A stretch of 64,000 nt of DNA. Origin: the human T2T-CHM13v2.0 reference genome, Homo sapiens. Below the pieces are notes generated by a model. That model was given only the letters and a program-made list of their open reading frames with translations. It ran no database searches and was not told where the DNA came from. The position numbers and the translations under genes were made by a program. Positions 12,215-26,904 of the stretch are shown here, in pieces (the first letter of the stretch is position 1; the number at the start of each line of letters is the position of its first letter). The stretch lies in NCBI RefSeq assembly GCF_009914755.1, contig NC_060938.1; one strand, given 5' to 3'.

Positions 12215-12360
12215 AAGCTGGAAAGGATGTTAGAGAATTTCCAGTTAAGCCTTTTTAATGTTACAGATGAGGAAACTGAGGCATGAAGAGATTAAATGAG
12301 TTGTCCAATATCAAGATTAGAATATAAGCTTCTGGAATCCCAGTGCTAGTTCTTTTTTCT
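12215..12360 (-). mobile_element. MIR/MIR3
   Basis: Core 'ttacagatgaggaaactgaggc'. Confidence 0.7.
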
Positions 12361-14484
12361 CTGTCATAAAGCTTTCATTTAGTAGAGATGGAAATTGAGT
12401 ACATGGAAGATTGATTTTAGCCAAAGTACAAAAGGACTAAATGCTTTGCTAGTTATTAGCATCCAGAATTACTGATTCTTGGTTAGTGTTCTAACTACAG
12501 AATAAAACTCTATTCCGAGCTACCAAAAACAAGCAATTTAATAGCAAACTATGCTGAAATGGTTATGGTCACTGTTTATTCTCAACCACCATAGGATGCC
12601 AGGTAATACTAGCATGCTAATTAATCCTGCCCATCTGGCTAATGCAGTCTTCATAATTTATAATCCAAAGCCTCTGGGCACAAAGACCTATTAACATGCT
12701 AATATACCTTCTCATTCTAGCTGTTTTTCAATTAGTAATTATCTATAGACTGAGCCAATGAGAGGCAATTTTTCCAAGTGATTAGCACGTTGGAAATCAC
12801 AGTCAGGCTGGTTGCTGATTAACATTCTTTGGTTTTGGCAGTTAGCATTTCTCATTCCAGCAAATTACTCTAGTGGGTTCAGTTGGCAGCTTGGGGCCAT
12901 GGAAACCCAAACCTATTCAATGGCCAATGACTATTTCAAGAAAATATAATTATGGCATATTGATATGAGAACTTGATTCACTTGACAAAATATATGAAAA
13001 CATTTGTTTCAGCTCTCAAAAACATTCTGGGGATAATTACAAAAATGTGAATATAAATGTATATTAGATAATATTGTTGAGTTATTATTGATCATCTAAG
13101 GTGTGACAATGATATTATGGTATATAAGTCAGATGTTGAAGTATTTACAGGTGGAGATTCATGATATCTACAACTTACATTCAAATGATGCAGCCACAAA
13201 TTAGATAAATAGAAAGAAATTGTGGCAAAATGTTAAACATATTTTTGTTTCAAATAGATCTATTACTTTACCTTCATACAGAAAGATTTGTGCAATAAAT
13301 GTTCATTTACAGAAAAGTATATATTATATATATCTAAAACACCATATATATAACCAATATTTGGATCAAGTGTCACTCCTTTAGTTTGTCGATGTTTTTC
13401 TCCCTTTCTCCCTGAATTGTTAAAAAAAATAGGATTTCAAATGAAAAAAATTCAAAACATTGTAAACATATATAATAGCGTCTACATTTTAGTATCTGTT
13501 GGGCTATAGAGATATCTAAGAAGTGAAGACAACAATGTTCCCGCCACCAAAGTGCACAGCTGTAGTACATATTCTTATCATGTCATCCCAGCTTTCAGTT
13601 GCTTCAAAAATGCCCACTGACACAAATGTGAATGTTTTAGAGGCATCTACCAAGTAGCCACCTAGGCCACTCATAACACCTATTATGCTTTTACTTCAGA
13701 ATCACCTTCACTTTTATTTGGTGTTAGTCACTCAGGATCAAACAGCAACACGCTTGAAAGCATGGCTTCATATAGCTATAAACATAACTAACTTTATATT
13801 ATCTTTTAAAATTCTTTTGAAAGCAACATAATTAACTGATTTGAATATAGTGGCAAACTAATAATGGCACTGAATCTACTTGCCATAAAAATAAAAAATG
13901 TGGATGACCAGACAAGTATTCCAAATATATCAAACCCCATAGCCCCCAACTATAAGGAGCTTTTATCAAATTTGTTAAAGATGTAATCCTGAACTAAAAG
14001 CAACCACTGAACAATGATTCAAGTAGCAAACATTCATTGAAACATCAGAATACCATAGTTGACATTTCCATGTGCATTATGAATCCTCCTAATATCTCTT
14101 GCTGTTGATAAGACAAGCATGAAGTCATGTCAGTGCAATACAATGTTGTAGCTATTTTGAAAACAGCCCATTTTTCATTTAATAGCAAATTAATCAGGCC
14201 TAGACACTTTTCAGAGGACTAAATGTCAATAAATAAAATGTAAAATGTCACATTATATATTCATCTGTACTTTTGATGACACTAATTTCTGTCCTTTATT
14301 TTTTCCTAAAGGAAACTAATTACTAGTAAAGAATTGAGAAACACATTGTTCTATATTAAAGAAATAGATTTAACAATAATGCCAAGTATTCTATAATTAC
14401 CTCTATAAAATTAGAAATTATATACATTTCATCAAGGATGAACTACAAACCCTCATTATAGCCACTTGTTGGTATTCTCAATGC

Positions 14485-14561
14485 CCACACACACACACGA
14501 AAACATGCACACACACAAACACATGCGCACACACACAGAGCGAGCGACAGATACACACACA
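14485..14561. repeat. Imperfect (CA)n microsatellite
   Basis: Interrupted CA runs. Confidence 0.9.
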
Positions 14562-14593
14562 TACTCTAGCCATTTGCAATTGATTCCCATTTT

Positions 14594-15615
<1,022 letters not shown>

Positions 15616-18600
15616 AATTCCCATTTTAAATAGAAATGATGACCTACCCTCTTCCCCACTCCAAAACAGACCTAGGTTAACGGAAAAGTCAAAATATAGA
15701 ATTCCAAAAATATTGTGTCAACATTTAACTAAATGGAATTTAAAAAAAAAAAAAACCACAAAGGTTCTAACCTAAGCCATGCCTGACCTAATAAAATAAT
15801 CATTAAAGCATATGGGAGTAAAATGTGATATTTTTTTCTTTGACGTTCATGCAAATCTGTACTTCTAAGAGAATTCTTAATCTTATAGAACTTTATGACT
15901 TCTTTTGGTATCAGAAATGAGCTCAGAAAGAACAAGCTTAATCAGGATGGAGAATGACGTATGTGAAAAGAAACTGGAAATAGGAGTACAAAATTGGTGA
16001 ACTCAAGAGAATTGTGCCTCAGTGATTTTTAACATTTAATCCCTTCTATTTTTTAGCACAGAATAATATTCTGACAAATCAAGTGAATGCAAAGATCCAA
16101 GATCCGTTTTCTTGAATAGGATTTTTATCTCCCACATTTTCTGAATGGTTTCCATTGCTTCTCCTTGCAAAAATCTTCTTTAAAACAAAGCAATCCTCTG
16201 AGTTTAAGATGAAATCTCTCAGTATTAAATGCTAATTTATTAGATGGTTATAAAACTGCAATACCGTCAACTCCAGCAATAATGAATCCCCATGGTCTCT
16301 CATTTCACACAGAACTTGACATATAATCTGAAAAAATGAAGAAACATAATCAAATGTCATTGTTAATGACATTCAGTTATTCCACCTGTGACCTGAGCTA
16401 TTATAACTATTGCCTTACAGTTGCAACTCATCCAGTAGGAAAGCCAACTTCAAACATTATCATATCTTAAAGGTCACTCAGAAAGTATGCAATTATAGCA
16501 AAATTTTGTGATAGTTATGAAAATGAATTCTTTTTTTACTTAGTTCCAGATAATATTTGTTCTTTAAAAAAATAAGTCATAGAATATGAGTTAAAGTATT
16601 GTATTTACAGTATATTTTCTATCTCTCATACATTTTTTATAAGAAATCAAGAACATATTTTCCCTGTCCTTTTTCCAACAATTTTTTCTCTTCTCTATAC
16701 AGCAGCTGCCATCAGCGACTTTCATCTCCATGGGACCTGCTAGGTATTTGCAGGTACATAGTCAAGTCCTTCCCCACTTCTTGCCCCGCCTCTCACTCCT
16801 CTCTGCCCTCTGCCCTCTTGAACTTGGCATGGAAATACTCTTAGGCCTCTGGATCACTTCCAATAATAAGGAAAGAAAGAGCAGTGAATAAGAACGCAGT
16901 TCCCTGTTCTTTATTAGCCTAAACAAATTTCCTGATTTTTATTAGCCTAAATCCAAGCTTTACATATAAAAATAAGCAAAACTTGAAAATAAGCTCTACC
17001 ATTTAATTATGTTTAGATACTCATAACTTCCATTTGTTGAGAGCTTTCTACATGACAAGGACTGTGTTAGGTACTTTACACACATCTAATTTATCTGCTT
17101 CTTTCTTTCTCTCGGTTTGATTTTCACATGCAGAAATGCTCACTCGAAGTTACTATCCATTGAGGAATTGATAAGAAAGAGAGAAATATTAAGATTTCCA
17201 TATCCAAATAACCTTGGCAGCAATTATTGTAAAACTGTCACTGGTACTTATATATTCGGCTAAGAATTCAAAGGGGGGAAAGGGGTGGGAATAGCAGGAG
17301 CAGGAGAAGCCCAGGAGTTTCTGGGCCTGCTCTGAGTCCCAAATTACAGGACAGAACAGGAAGAACTCTCGCCATGGTGATGAGGTTGTAAAGCAAATCT
17401 AAACCACAGTGTTGGTCAAAGAAGGAAAAGGAACAGATTAGACCAGTGACAGATATTGAGTGACGAAGCCTCAGTAGGAAGTTAGAAGAAAGAGAACTCA
17501 GGGTCCTGGAGAAGTGGGAACTGCAGGAGGTACGCAGATTTGCTCTTTGTACAGAATGTCAAGGCCTGCTGCAGGTTTTTATCTGCTTCTTTGAAATAGT
17601 TTGACTGTTTTCTCCAATGAGTTGACTGAACTGAGCAATTATTTTATTACAGAGACGATGAGACAGTTACTGTTAGAATTAGATAGGAATTTTGGCACCT
17701 CATTTCCAGAAAAGCAGCACTAACTCTTTTAAAAACTTTTTTTTCATTTAAGAAAGATTAAAAGTAATTTACATCGATGAGCACAAATCTTAACATAATA
17801 CTGATGAAAAATAAGTATGTATGCTTTTTTTGTACTTTCAAAGCACAGAAAAAATGCTATATGTTGTTTATAAATGCATTTATATGTAAATAAAAGTATT
17901 GACATTGACTGGAATTACTTCTTTTTTTCTCCAACATTAACTTTTTAACAATGTTTATTTAGCAAAACAATTGTTCAACTTTAGTCAACTATGTTGCTGG
18001 GGCTGATGTCCAGGGAAGGAGGTAAGTAATTGGTTAAGTTGGTTGTCAGAAATTATTTAGAAAAAGCGTCAATAGATAAACATTTTTCTCTTGAGTGTTT
18101 TCTTACACATGTGGTCCAGTATTATTTTTTTTCCAGTTTATATTCTTGCTTTACCTCCATCTATGAATCATCATAAAATTAGACTCATCAAAGATTAGAA
18201 TTAGTCCAACTTTCAGGAGAAAGTGATGACTTTCATTCTATTTAACCCTTTTCCAGTGCTTTAGCAAAATCAGACAGGTAGACACTGTCCTCTTTCATGT
18301 GATTATAACTTGCAACAAGTAGTAGCAGGTAATATGGTGACATAAGCAATTTATGATACTGTTTACCTATTCCCATTATCTATAACTAAAATTTTTAGTT
18401 TAAGCTAATTAAAAGTAGCATTATTGAACTGTTGATGAGTCAAATTTTACCTGATCTATAAATTAAAATACCTATAAAGCATTTTTATGCATAGATTGCT
18501 GTAAAGAAACAAAAACAGTGTTTGATATCCTTCGTAGGCCAAGGTTCTATATAAACACACAAAGAAAGCAGTATTTCTAGACATAACTCTTTTAAAAGGA

Positions 18601-20368
18601 GAGCTTTTTGTTTTAATGTGTGGGGATGGGGGTAATTTTTCAGTTCCACTGGACAAATCAATCAAAACATGCAGATTGATCTGAACACGGAGTCATAGCC
18701 TGAATCCAGCATCCATTCTGTGATGCAGAGGAAGTTTCTACATTTGTTAAACTACTCTGCCACAGTGTCTCATCTTTCTCAGAGCATCTCTCAGCATCAT
18801 CACCATCCATCAAAAAAAGTACGGTGACTACATAAATGAGGGTAGCCATTAGGATGAACTATTTCAGAGAGCAATGCCTTGTGGAAAGAACTGTTTGCAT
18901 TATACATGGCCTTACACTCAGTTCTCTCCCCAGACCACAAAGGGAAGATGGATATTCCTGGTCAGATGAACAGTTTATGAGGTTCTGTACTATAAAGAGA
19001 CATCTTCAGGGCCTCGTGCATGTACATTGTAAAACCTTGAGATATTTTATGTTACAACATACATATTTAATGTGATAATAAAAAAAGCTTATTTGTTTCA
19101 AAGTATCTTTTTATCCTTGCTTATATAACCAAACAGCTTGATGCTATTGGCTAAATTTTCAAAACTTACTATTCACAGTAGCAGTGGGAACATGCCCAAC
19201 TTCCACAGATATATAAATCAGATTTGAGAAGCAAACGACACATTCTGGATAAGTAATGTGACATCCATCTGGGAGCACAGTGTTGAGGATCAAGGAAACT
19301 TTTTAAGGCCCAGTGGGTTTCTTTAGTTTCATATTGTTTCTACAGGGAGATACTATTTTTTATTTCCAAAAATGGTTAAATTACAAGCCAAAAACTATTC
19401 AGTAAATTGAACATGACAACATAAAAAAGCAAGGGACCCTTTTGACAATAGGCAGAAGTAGCACTAAACTAGTAAGGTGAATGGACAAAATGTTGAAAAA
19501 TCAGATCTCCAAATAAAAATTTACTTGAATGGCACCAAATGGCATTTTACTACACTACCAATATAGGCTACTTAAAGACTTGCCAGATCATCTTCATGCT
19601 ATCTGTTACTGACAGTGCAGTTATTAGTCAGCAGAAACTCCTACTGTAAATAATTTTCTAGAACTAGCCTGAGAAAGTCCTAGAGAAACGAGAGCCATTG
19701 TTGAGTCTTACGGGATCCCGAAGATTGAAATGTAAATAGTGGGTTGAATATCAAGCAGCACATTATTTCACAGCCAAAACATGACAAGGAAGTGAACTTA
19801 TGCATCAGTCTTGCCTCATTTTATTCTAAAGGTAGCCCAAAATGATGTTTATAAAGAAATGTTCCAGAGTTATAATGTTGAGTGGATCACTTAAGACATA
19901 GTACATTATAAGAAAAGAATAAGAGTCTCAAGTATTGTTGTATACTATTTGGAGAAAATTGCTTAAGATACTATTAGAGTAACTGCTTAATCAAAATATT
20001 TACCCACTTTGATCTGAGGCTATTTCTTCATAATCCAAAAGATTTGAGAATTTGAATTAAGTTTGGTAATTACTAATTTAATCTACACAGCAATCAAAAT
20101 TTATAACTCAAACTCCTAGGCTAATTTTTACTACATTAATCATATAAAGATAACAACAGGTCTATTCATTTTACTTTGGGAAAGACAATTTTATTCTAAT
20201 ATGTGTTCTTGACCTAGCCTTTTTATGTAAATAATATAAATAAATCAGATTTTTATTGACGTTCTGTGAACGCTTTCTCAGTTTTTTTTAGTTTTTATCT
20301 AATTACATCGTACAATAATATCTGTTAGCATTGATCTAGGTGAGACGTTTTAAATGAAGCTCACTTAC

Positions 20369-20404
20369 CATTTGATAGACAAACATTCAATAGTGTCATC
20401 AAAG
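20369..20404 (-). other. Candidate 36-nt frame-preserving exon
   Basis: Minus strand: gttcttgtAG|CTTTGATGACACTATTGAATGTTTGTCTATCAAATG|GTAAGT; one open frame reads FDDTIECLSIK. Confidence 0.2.
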
Positions 20405-21699
20405 CTACAAGAACTTTTAAATTGAAAGAAATAAACCTTTATCCTAATTTTCCATTTGTCACAAACTTCAGGTGGTTAGTGTCTTTCATAGTCTGACATT
20501 ATTGCACATTACAGGACGATGTAAATGGCTGTTTTGATTTAAAACTATTCCCTAATCTAAGCTGAGCATTACTTTATTCCATTTACTGAGGATCTCTGTT
20601 TAACTGTATTTTTTATTTACATTCTTCTCTGATAGCCAAAAGGCACCATAGGAAATAATTTCAGTCACTGTTTCTTGTATCCTTTTTTTGGTTATAGTTA
20701 CTTGAGAAAAATCCCAGTGAGCAATTTCAGAAAATAAAGAAAAGAAATATTTAATTATATTGTTCTTAGGAAAAGAAATGGAAGTATACATTTTCACATA
20801 TGGTGAGGTAGGGTTATGGAGGAGACACAGGGTTCCTTCATTATCCAAAGACATTTTCTCACAATGATTAGAGAGCAAGCATTTTGTCCAAGCCAAGCTA
20901 ATCACAAATATTTGCCCTGAAGATCCTGGAATCAGGAGGTATTATTTCAGGTACTCTGAAAATACTGATTGAAAAAACAACAATCATTCTAAAAAACAAG
21001 GAAAGAATAATGAAAAAATATGTTTTCTACCTATTAACCTCTTTATTTTTAGAGATCAGATCTACCACACCCAGATGTGCAAAATAAATACGTGTTCAAG
21101 GCAACTGGGATGTGAAGCTGGAGACTGAGAATCATGCCCAATAAACTAAGTAGTTTGCATTTGCAGTTAGTTTTTTAAATGTGTATTTCAACACCTAAGA
21201 CCTCAGAAAATATTCCATTTTATTAGATGTTTGGCTAGATAATCATTTACCTACTCCACAAATAATTATTAAGTATATTTTCAGTAGGGAGAGATAGATT
21301 AGAGTTTAGAACAGAAAAGAATATGCAAATAAATAATCATAGCAATGTGATATAATCCATATATTAACTTTATGGGAACCCAGAAGAAGTCCTTACATTT
21401 CAAGGAAATGGCTGCTTTTGAACTGCATCTTTAGACATAAGTAAAAGTTCCCTGGAAAGAAAGGGAATGGAAAAAGAGAGAATAGAAAGAAGAAGAGAGA
21501 GAACATTCCAGGCAGAGCAAACAAAATTTGTAGAGGCATAGAGAAAATAAGACAACGTGGCAGCAGTTTCCTGAAAGATGTTTGGAGTCTGCATTTACTA
21601 GAGCAAAAGGGACATGCCAGGTAGTGGCATAACCTCACTGCAACAGCAAATTTGGAGAGAAGAAAGCAGAAGGGATACTCTTATCTACTTCCTTTTTCT

Positions 21700-23200
21700 A
21701 CTGAAATATAATGGAAACCGCTGCTGAGGGAAAACAAGTGAAATCGGGAAAGTTGGAAATGGGCCTAACATTCTTTTGAAAGAAAAGTCTTCAGGGCTAC
21801 TCATTATACGGTAAAAGTTACCCAAAGCCTCTAATATGGTACACTCCCTACAGATAAGTGAGGAAAGCTCTGGTTTATGGCATTAACATGCTGCAGAGAA
21901 AGAGCAGAGCCCAAGTATGCTAAGAATGTTGGGTTCTCTCCTTCTTTGCCATTCTCTCAGATGACAGGAAAGTGGAGAGAATGAAATTCCATCCCTTTCA
22001 CTATAGCTTGAAGAGGGGAAAAGAAGGAATTCCTTTCAGGATATTTTGTGAAGACACTCAAGTCATCACCCATACCATATCCAAGTACATCAGGTCTATC
22101 ATACCCCAGCATAAATAGGTTACTCTGATAACCAATCAGAGTAAACAGGCTACACTCAGAGCCACCCAAACTTGAGTAAGGTAAAAAGAAATGGCATGAA
22201 CATTTTACAAACATATTACAGCAAAAATAAATAAATAAATAAATAAATAAATAACTGCAACAGCCAGAAAAAGAAAAATACAACTCAAAGAATAGAAAGA
22301 AAATGGTCTAATTAGTTGCTTCATAACACAGGACAACTTAATATCAACACAGAAAAAGAAAGAGCCCAAAGATCAGCTAATAAATAAAATGAGATTAAAT
22401 TTGAAACAAGAAACAGAATAGATACTGGTGAAAATCATATTATTTAACATAGAAAAAAGGCATAAGACATCACAGTGACTTCTAATAGAAAAAAAGATTA
22501 AAGATATTTGGCAAAAGACAATATAAATGGAAAACATAAATCACTTAACACAAGGATAATGTGTTACAATGGCATCTAACAAATGAAACAGAAGATTCAC
22601 TCAGAGATATAATACAAGAAAATTTCCCCAAAGTAAAGAAACAACTGTGTCTTCAGATTTAAAAGAATACACTATGTTCTGGGAAGTTAAGAAACAAACC
22701 AATCAACTCTAAGACAACTCCAATTAAGTTATGAACTTCAAAAAACAAAAAAAAATCCCTTCCAGCATCAGGTAAATAAAGTGTGTGGCAGCAGAGGGTG
22801 CAATCGTCTTCATACACACACACAAACACACACATACAAAAATCAGGTTGCTGCTGTAACATTAAATCACAGAGATAAGGAAGCACTACATACAAATTCA
22901 GTAAGAAAGTATAGCCCAAAAATATAACACAAGTAATACGGTAGCTATGAGCATTTCTTAAAAAGTTTACATGATGGTGAAATCCAGTTAATTAGGAAAT
23001 AAATAGATATAAAGACCTTCACAATAAAGAAACTCTAATAAAGAGACTGGTAGTGAGCTTGAATCAACTTAAATATAAAACCAATCTTAAACAATTGTGA
23101 GAATTGTAATTATATCTGTTAACAAAGATTTTTTAAATATTTCTAATCTTTAGTGTTTTGAAAGTTCTCTTTTCCCATTTTTATAGGGAATCTAAGAAAT
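21700..23200 (+). mobile_element. HAL1/old L1M 5'-ORF1-like remnant
   Basis: A-rich, with 'atacaagaaaatttcccca...cttcagatttaaaagaatacac' resembling the ORF1 IQENFP region; boundaries approximate. Confidence 0.5.
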
Positions 23201-23565
23201 AAAATATCTGTGTTAGAAGGATATTTTACTCATTTGTTATTCCACCTTTAAATTCTAGCAAAATTAATAAAATACCCTTCATTTGAAAATATCATCAATA
23301 ATAAGGCTTCATTTTTGTAAAGGCATTTCTATTTTTCTATCATTCATCTTTTCATCAATGTACATGGAACGTACTTAGAATGATGTTTACTAATGGGAAT
23401 TTCTAGGAGATGTGATTTAATGCTTTTCCACTTTACAGCATTGATTTTGGTAATGCATGCTTATCATTTTTACAAAAATGAAAACTAATGCACCATGGTG
23501 TTAGCAATGGCTAATTCAGGATTTGGGGAATATAGACTTATTTATTCATTTATTTAAAAATACTA

Positions 23566-23844
23566 GGCTGGGTGTAGCAGCTCACACTTGTAATCCCAGC
23601 ACTTTAGAAGGCTAAGGCAGGCAGATTGCGTGAGCTCAGGAGTTGAGACCAGCTTGAGCAACATAGTGAAGCCCCTTCTCTACTAAAAATATAAAAATAA
23701 AAATATGGGCGTGGTGGTATGTACCTGTAATTCCAGCTACTAGGGAGGCCGAAGTGGGAGGATCACTTGAGCCTGGTGAGGTAGAGGCTGCAGTGAGCCA
23801 TGACTGCACCACTGCACTCCAGCTTGAGCAACAGAGTGAGATCC

Positions 23845-23848
<4 letters not shown>
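23566..23848 (+). mobile_element. AluJ
   Basis: 'gggaggatcacttgagcctgg' and 'ggctgcagtgagccatgact'; the tail position is occupied by (CT)n(TA)n(CA)n. Confidence 0.9.
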
Positions 23849-23909
<61 letters not shown>

Positions 23910-24359
23910 GTGTGTATATCTATATTCTCTCTATATCTATATATCTATATATAGATATAGATACTGTCAAACAGGACACCTTTAGGATAGATACAGATAG
24001 ATATGTGTATATCTATCTATATAAATATAGATATATTTATCTATATAAAATTTGATTGTCTTCACAAAATATCCTGAAAGGAATTCCTTCTTTTTCCCTC
24101 TTCAAGCTATAGTGAAAGGGATGGAATTTCATTCTCTCCACTTTGCTGTCATCTGAGAGAATGGCAAAGAAGGAGAGAACCCAACATGTGTATATCTAGC
24201 TATATAAATATAGATATAGATATCTATATACATATAGTATATCTATCTATATAAATATAGATATAGATATCTATATACATACAGTATATCTAGATATCTA
24301 TATAAATACAGATATGAATACACCTAAAGGTGTAGATAGATTGATCTATATCTATCACT

Positions 24360-24410
<51 letters not shown>

Positions 24411-24584
24411 CTTTAGGATAGATAAATATCTAAATAAATAGATAGATATGTATATAGATATCTGTATATATAGATATATGTATATATATGTATATAGATA
24501 TAGATATCTATATATAGTATATCTATCTATATAAATATAGATGTAAATACACCTAAAGGTATAGATAGATCTATATCTATTGCT

Positions 24585-24640
<56 letters not shown>

Positions 24641-24678
24641 CACACACACACACCTTTAGGATAGAGATAAATATCTAA

Positions 24679-24725
<47 letters not shown>

Positions 24726-24993
24726 CAGCTGTCCTGTTTTGACAGTATCTGTATATACATAGATAGGTAAATAGAGATCTGTATATATAGATATGTCTAT
24801 AGCTATCTATATTTCTCTCTATCTCTTATATGTATATCTCTATCTTATATGTATATCTTACTAGATATATAGAGATAGATATGTAGATACATAGATAGAT
24901 AGATATCTCTAGACAGATATCTCTAGATAGATATCTCTAGATAGATATCTGTATATATATAGAGAAATTAGATACAGATTGAGAGAGAGAGAG
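23847..24993. repeat. Complex TA/GATA/CA low-complexity array with internal duplications
   Basis: (TA)n runs at ~24363-24394 and ~24588-24640, (GATA)n at ~24679-24724, duplicated block 24317-24435 / 24546-24681. Confidence 0.95.
24052..24187 (-). repeat. Inverted copy of 21926-22061
   Basis: 136-bp reverse-complement match, 3 mismatches counted by eye. Confidence 0.97.
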
Positions 24994-24994
24994 A

Positions 24995-26410
24995 ATTAAT
25001 TATGTAGCACGGACTATCCACAGTGCTGAATATACAACAGCAAAGAAAACAAAGTCCTTTCAAGAAACTTATGAGAGAGAATAGACAAAAACACATAGAA
25101 AGTAAACATGTACCATGTCAGACAGTGATAAGATAAGCTATGAAGAAAAAAAAAGTCTAACAGCAGAGTGACCATATAATCCTAGTTTGTCAGGGCTAGT
25201 CCCAGTTTATGACTCTTGTCCCCACTTGCTGTGTGATTGGGGCTCCTTTTCACTCCTAAAGGGGTCCTGTTTTGACAGCAAATTCTGTTTACCCCTGTGG
25301 TAATGGTAATATGAACCACTCTGGGGTGGGAGTCAGAGAGGGTGGCCAGAGAAGACCTTATGATAAGGTAACATTTGAGTAGAGACTTGAAGGAAAGTTC
25401 TGAGCATCACTTTATTGGTCTGAGACCAAGCCATGGAGATACCCAAGGGAACAAACTTTCCAGGCAGACAGAGCAGCACAGGCAGAGACTTTAAAGCAGG
25501 ACATATTTGGCATCTTTCCAGACCACAAAGAGGGTCCAAAGGGATGGCGGTAGGAGATGAGGTCAGAGGAGTTGGGGGGTCAGGATAGAGAGAGTGGGAC
25601 AGTTGTAAAGGGCCGTATAGGCCATTGTAAGTAGTTTGGTTTTTTTCTCCAAATGAGACAAGAAGCTGTGAGAGGATTTTTAAACAGGGAATGATTTGAC
25701 CTGACTTATATTTTTAAATAGTTAATCTGGCTGCTGTGTGGAGACTAGACCACAAACAAGCAAGGTAGAAAGAGAAAGCAGAAGCGGGGATATTGGAATA
25801 ATTCAGGTGAAGGATGATGGAACCAGGATGGTAGTGGTGGAGATGGTAAGAATGGGAAGAAGATAATTGTTCTTTTTATTGTTATTGTTATTTTTCTTCT
25901 TTGGACTTTTCTTTTTTAAATTTAACAAAATTAACATTTTTAAAGAAAAATACTGATAACAACTCCAAGATATATTTGAGTAGAATCTAACAGAAGCTAG
26001 TGGCCATTTGAAGGAGGTGGAGGAGGGACAGTCCTTTAAAAAGGTTTTCAAGTTTTGGTTTGAGGAGCAAGAATCATGCCACCCGTAATCAAAACAAGAA
26101 ACGCAGAAGACATAACAAGCTTTAAGTGTTAGTACATTGAATTCAGGTGCCCACAAAACAGAGCTAACCACGCACTATCCAGGCAGCAGTTGTACTTTTG
26201 GGTTGAAGAAAGTGATCTGTGTCTGAAATATAAAGTTCAGGAATCATTAACAACAAAGTTGTTGATGAAGTTATGTGGTAATAACTGAAGAAGAGTGTGG
26301 ACTCAAAGAAAAGGGAATGACGCGACGAAAGAAGAGCAGCCTGTACGTTGGACAACAAGAGGACATAAGAGGAGATGTGGAAGAGAATGGTGTCTCAAAG
26401 ACTCCAGAAT
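24995..26410 (-). mobile_element. L2 remnant
   Basis: Motifs 'aggtaacatttgagtagagacttgaagga', 'ttccaggcaga' and 'ctggctgctgtgtggaga'. Confidence 0.75.
25164..25297. mobile_element. MER94 hAT-Blackjack MITE
   Basis: cagagtgaccatat...gtcccagtttatg...ttttcactc...gtcctgttttgac...acccctg. Confidence 0.65.
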
Positions 26411-26420
26411 AAAGATGTAT

Positions 26421-26464
26421 TAAAACTCATGGCGAAAACTGCAACTACTTTTGCAGCAACCTAA
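26421..26464. mobile_element. MADE1 (Hsmar1 MITE) half element
   Basis: atggcgaaaactgcaactacttttgcagcaacctaa matches one MADE1 arm. Confidence 0.75.
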
Positions 26465-26837
26465 ATACTCAGGAGCACCAAACTTCACATGTACTACCAC
26501 TATGTCAACTCATTTGACTCAATATAAAGGTCCATCCAGCTCTGAGAAAGACGTTTACAAGTGTTTTAAGTCCCTATTTAAAAACAGAACTTAGGTGTAG
26601 CAAGTTCCCTTCCATTATAAACTTGAAAGAGATAAAATTTGAACAAGTCTTTGATACCACCTTAGTATTTGTTTTATAATTTGTATAATGCTCTTATTGT
26701 CTTATTTTAACTGTGTCTTTAAAAAAGCCTTTCTGAACATTATTGGCTATATAATCTATAGTATAATGCCTGCTTTATAATTAAGATCTCCATTTCTATC
26801 CTATTAAGCCATCTGCAGTCTTCCTTAATATTCTTAC

Positions 26838-26904
26838 CTTAAACACTGTCACTCTGAGCTTGATTCAGGTCAAGAAAGACTGTGGATGTTTCACCTGTCC
26901 AACT
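26838..26904 (-). other. Candidate 67-nt non-coding exon
   Basis: Minus strand: cttctgtttctgcatttAG|AGTTGG...GTTTAAG|GTAAGA; stops in all three frames. Confidence 0.25.

Noticed and set aside
18658-19075. Divergent short ORFs in unique sequence
   Set aside because: No recognisable product and no paired splice sites.
23636-24653. YI/HT/CV-rich ORFs
   Set aside because: Translations of dinucleotide microsatellites and an Alu.
23847-24993. CRISPR-like repeat-spacer array
   Set aside because: Eukaryotic low-complexity DNA; repeats are irregular in length and spacing, and there are no cas genes.
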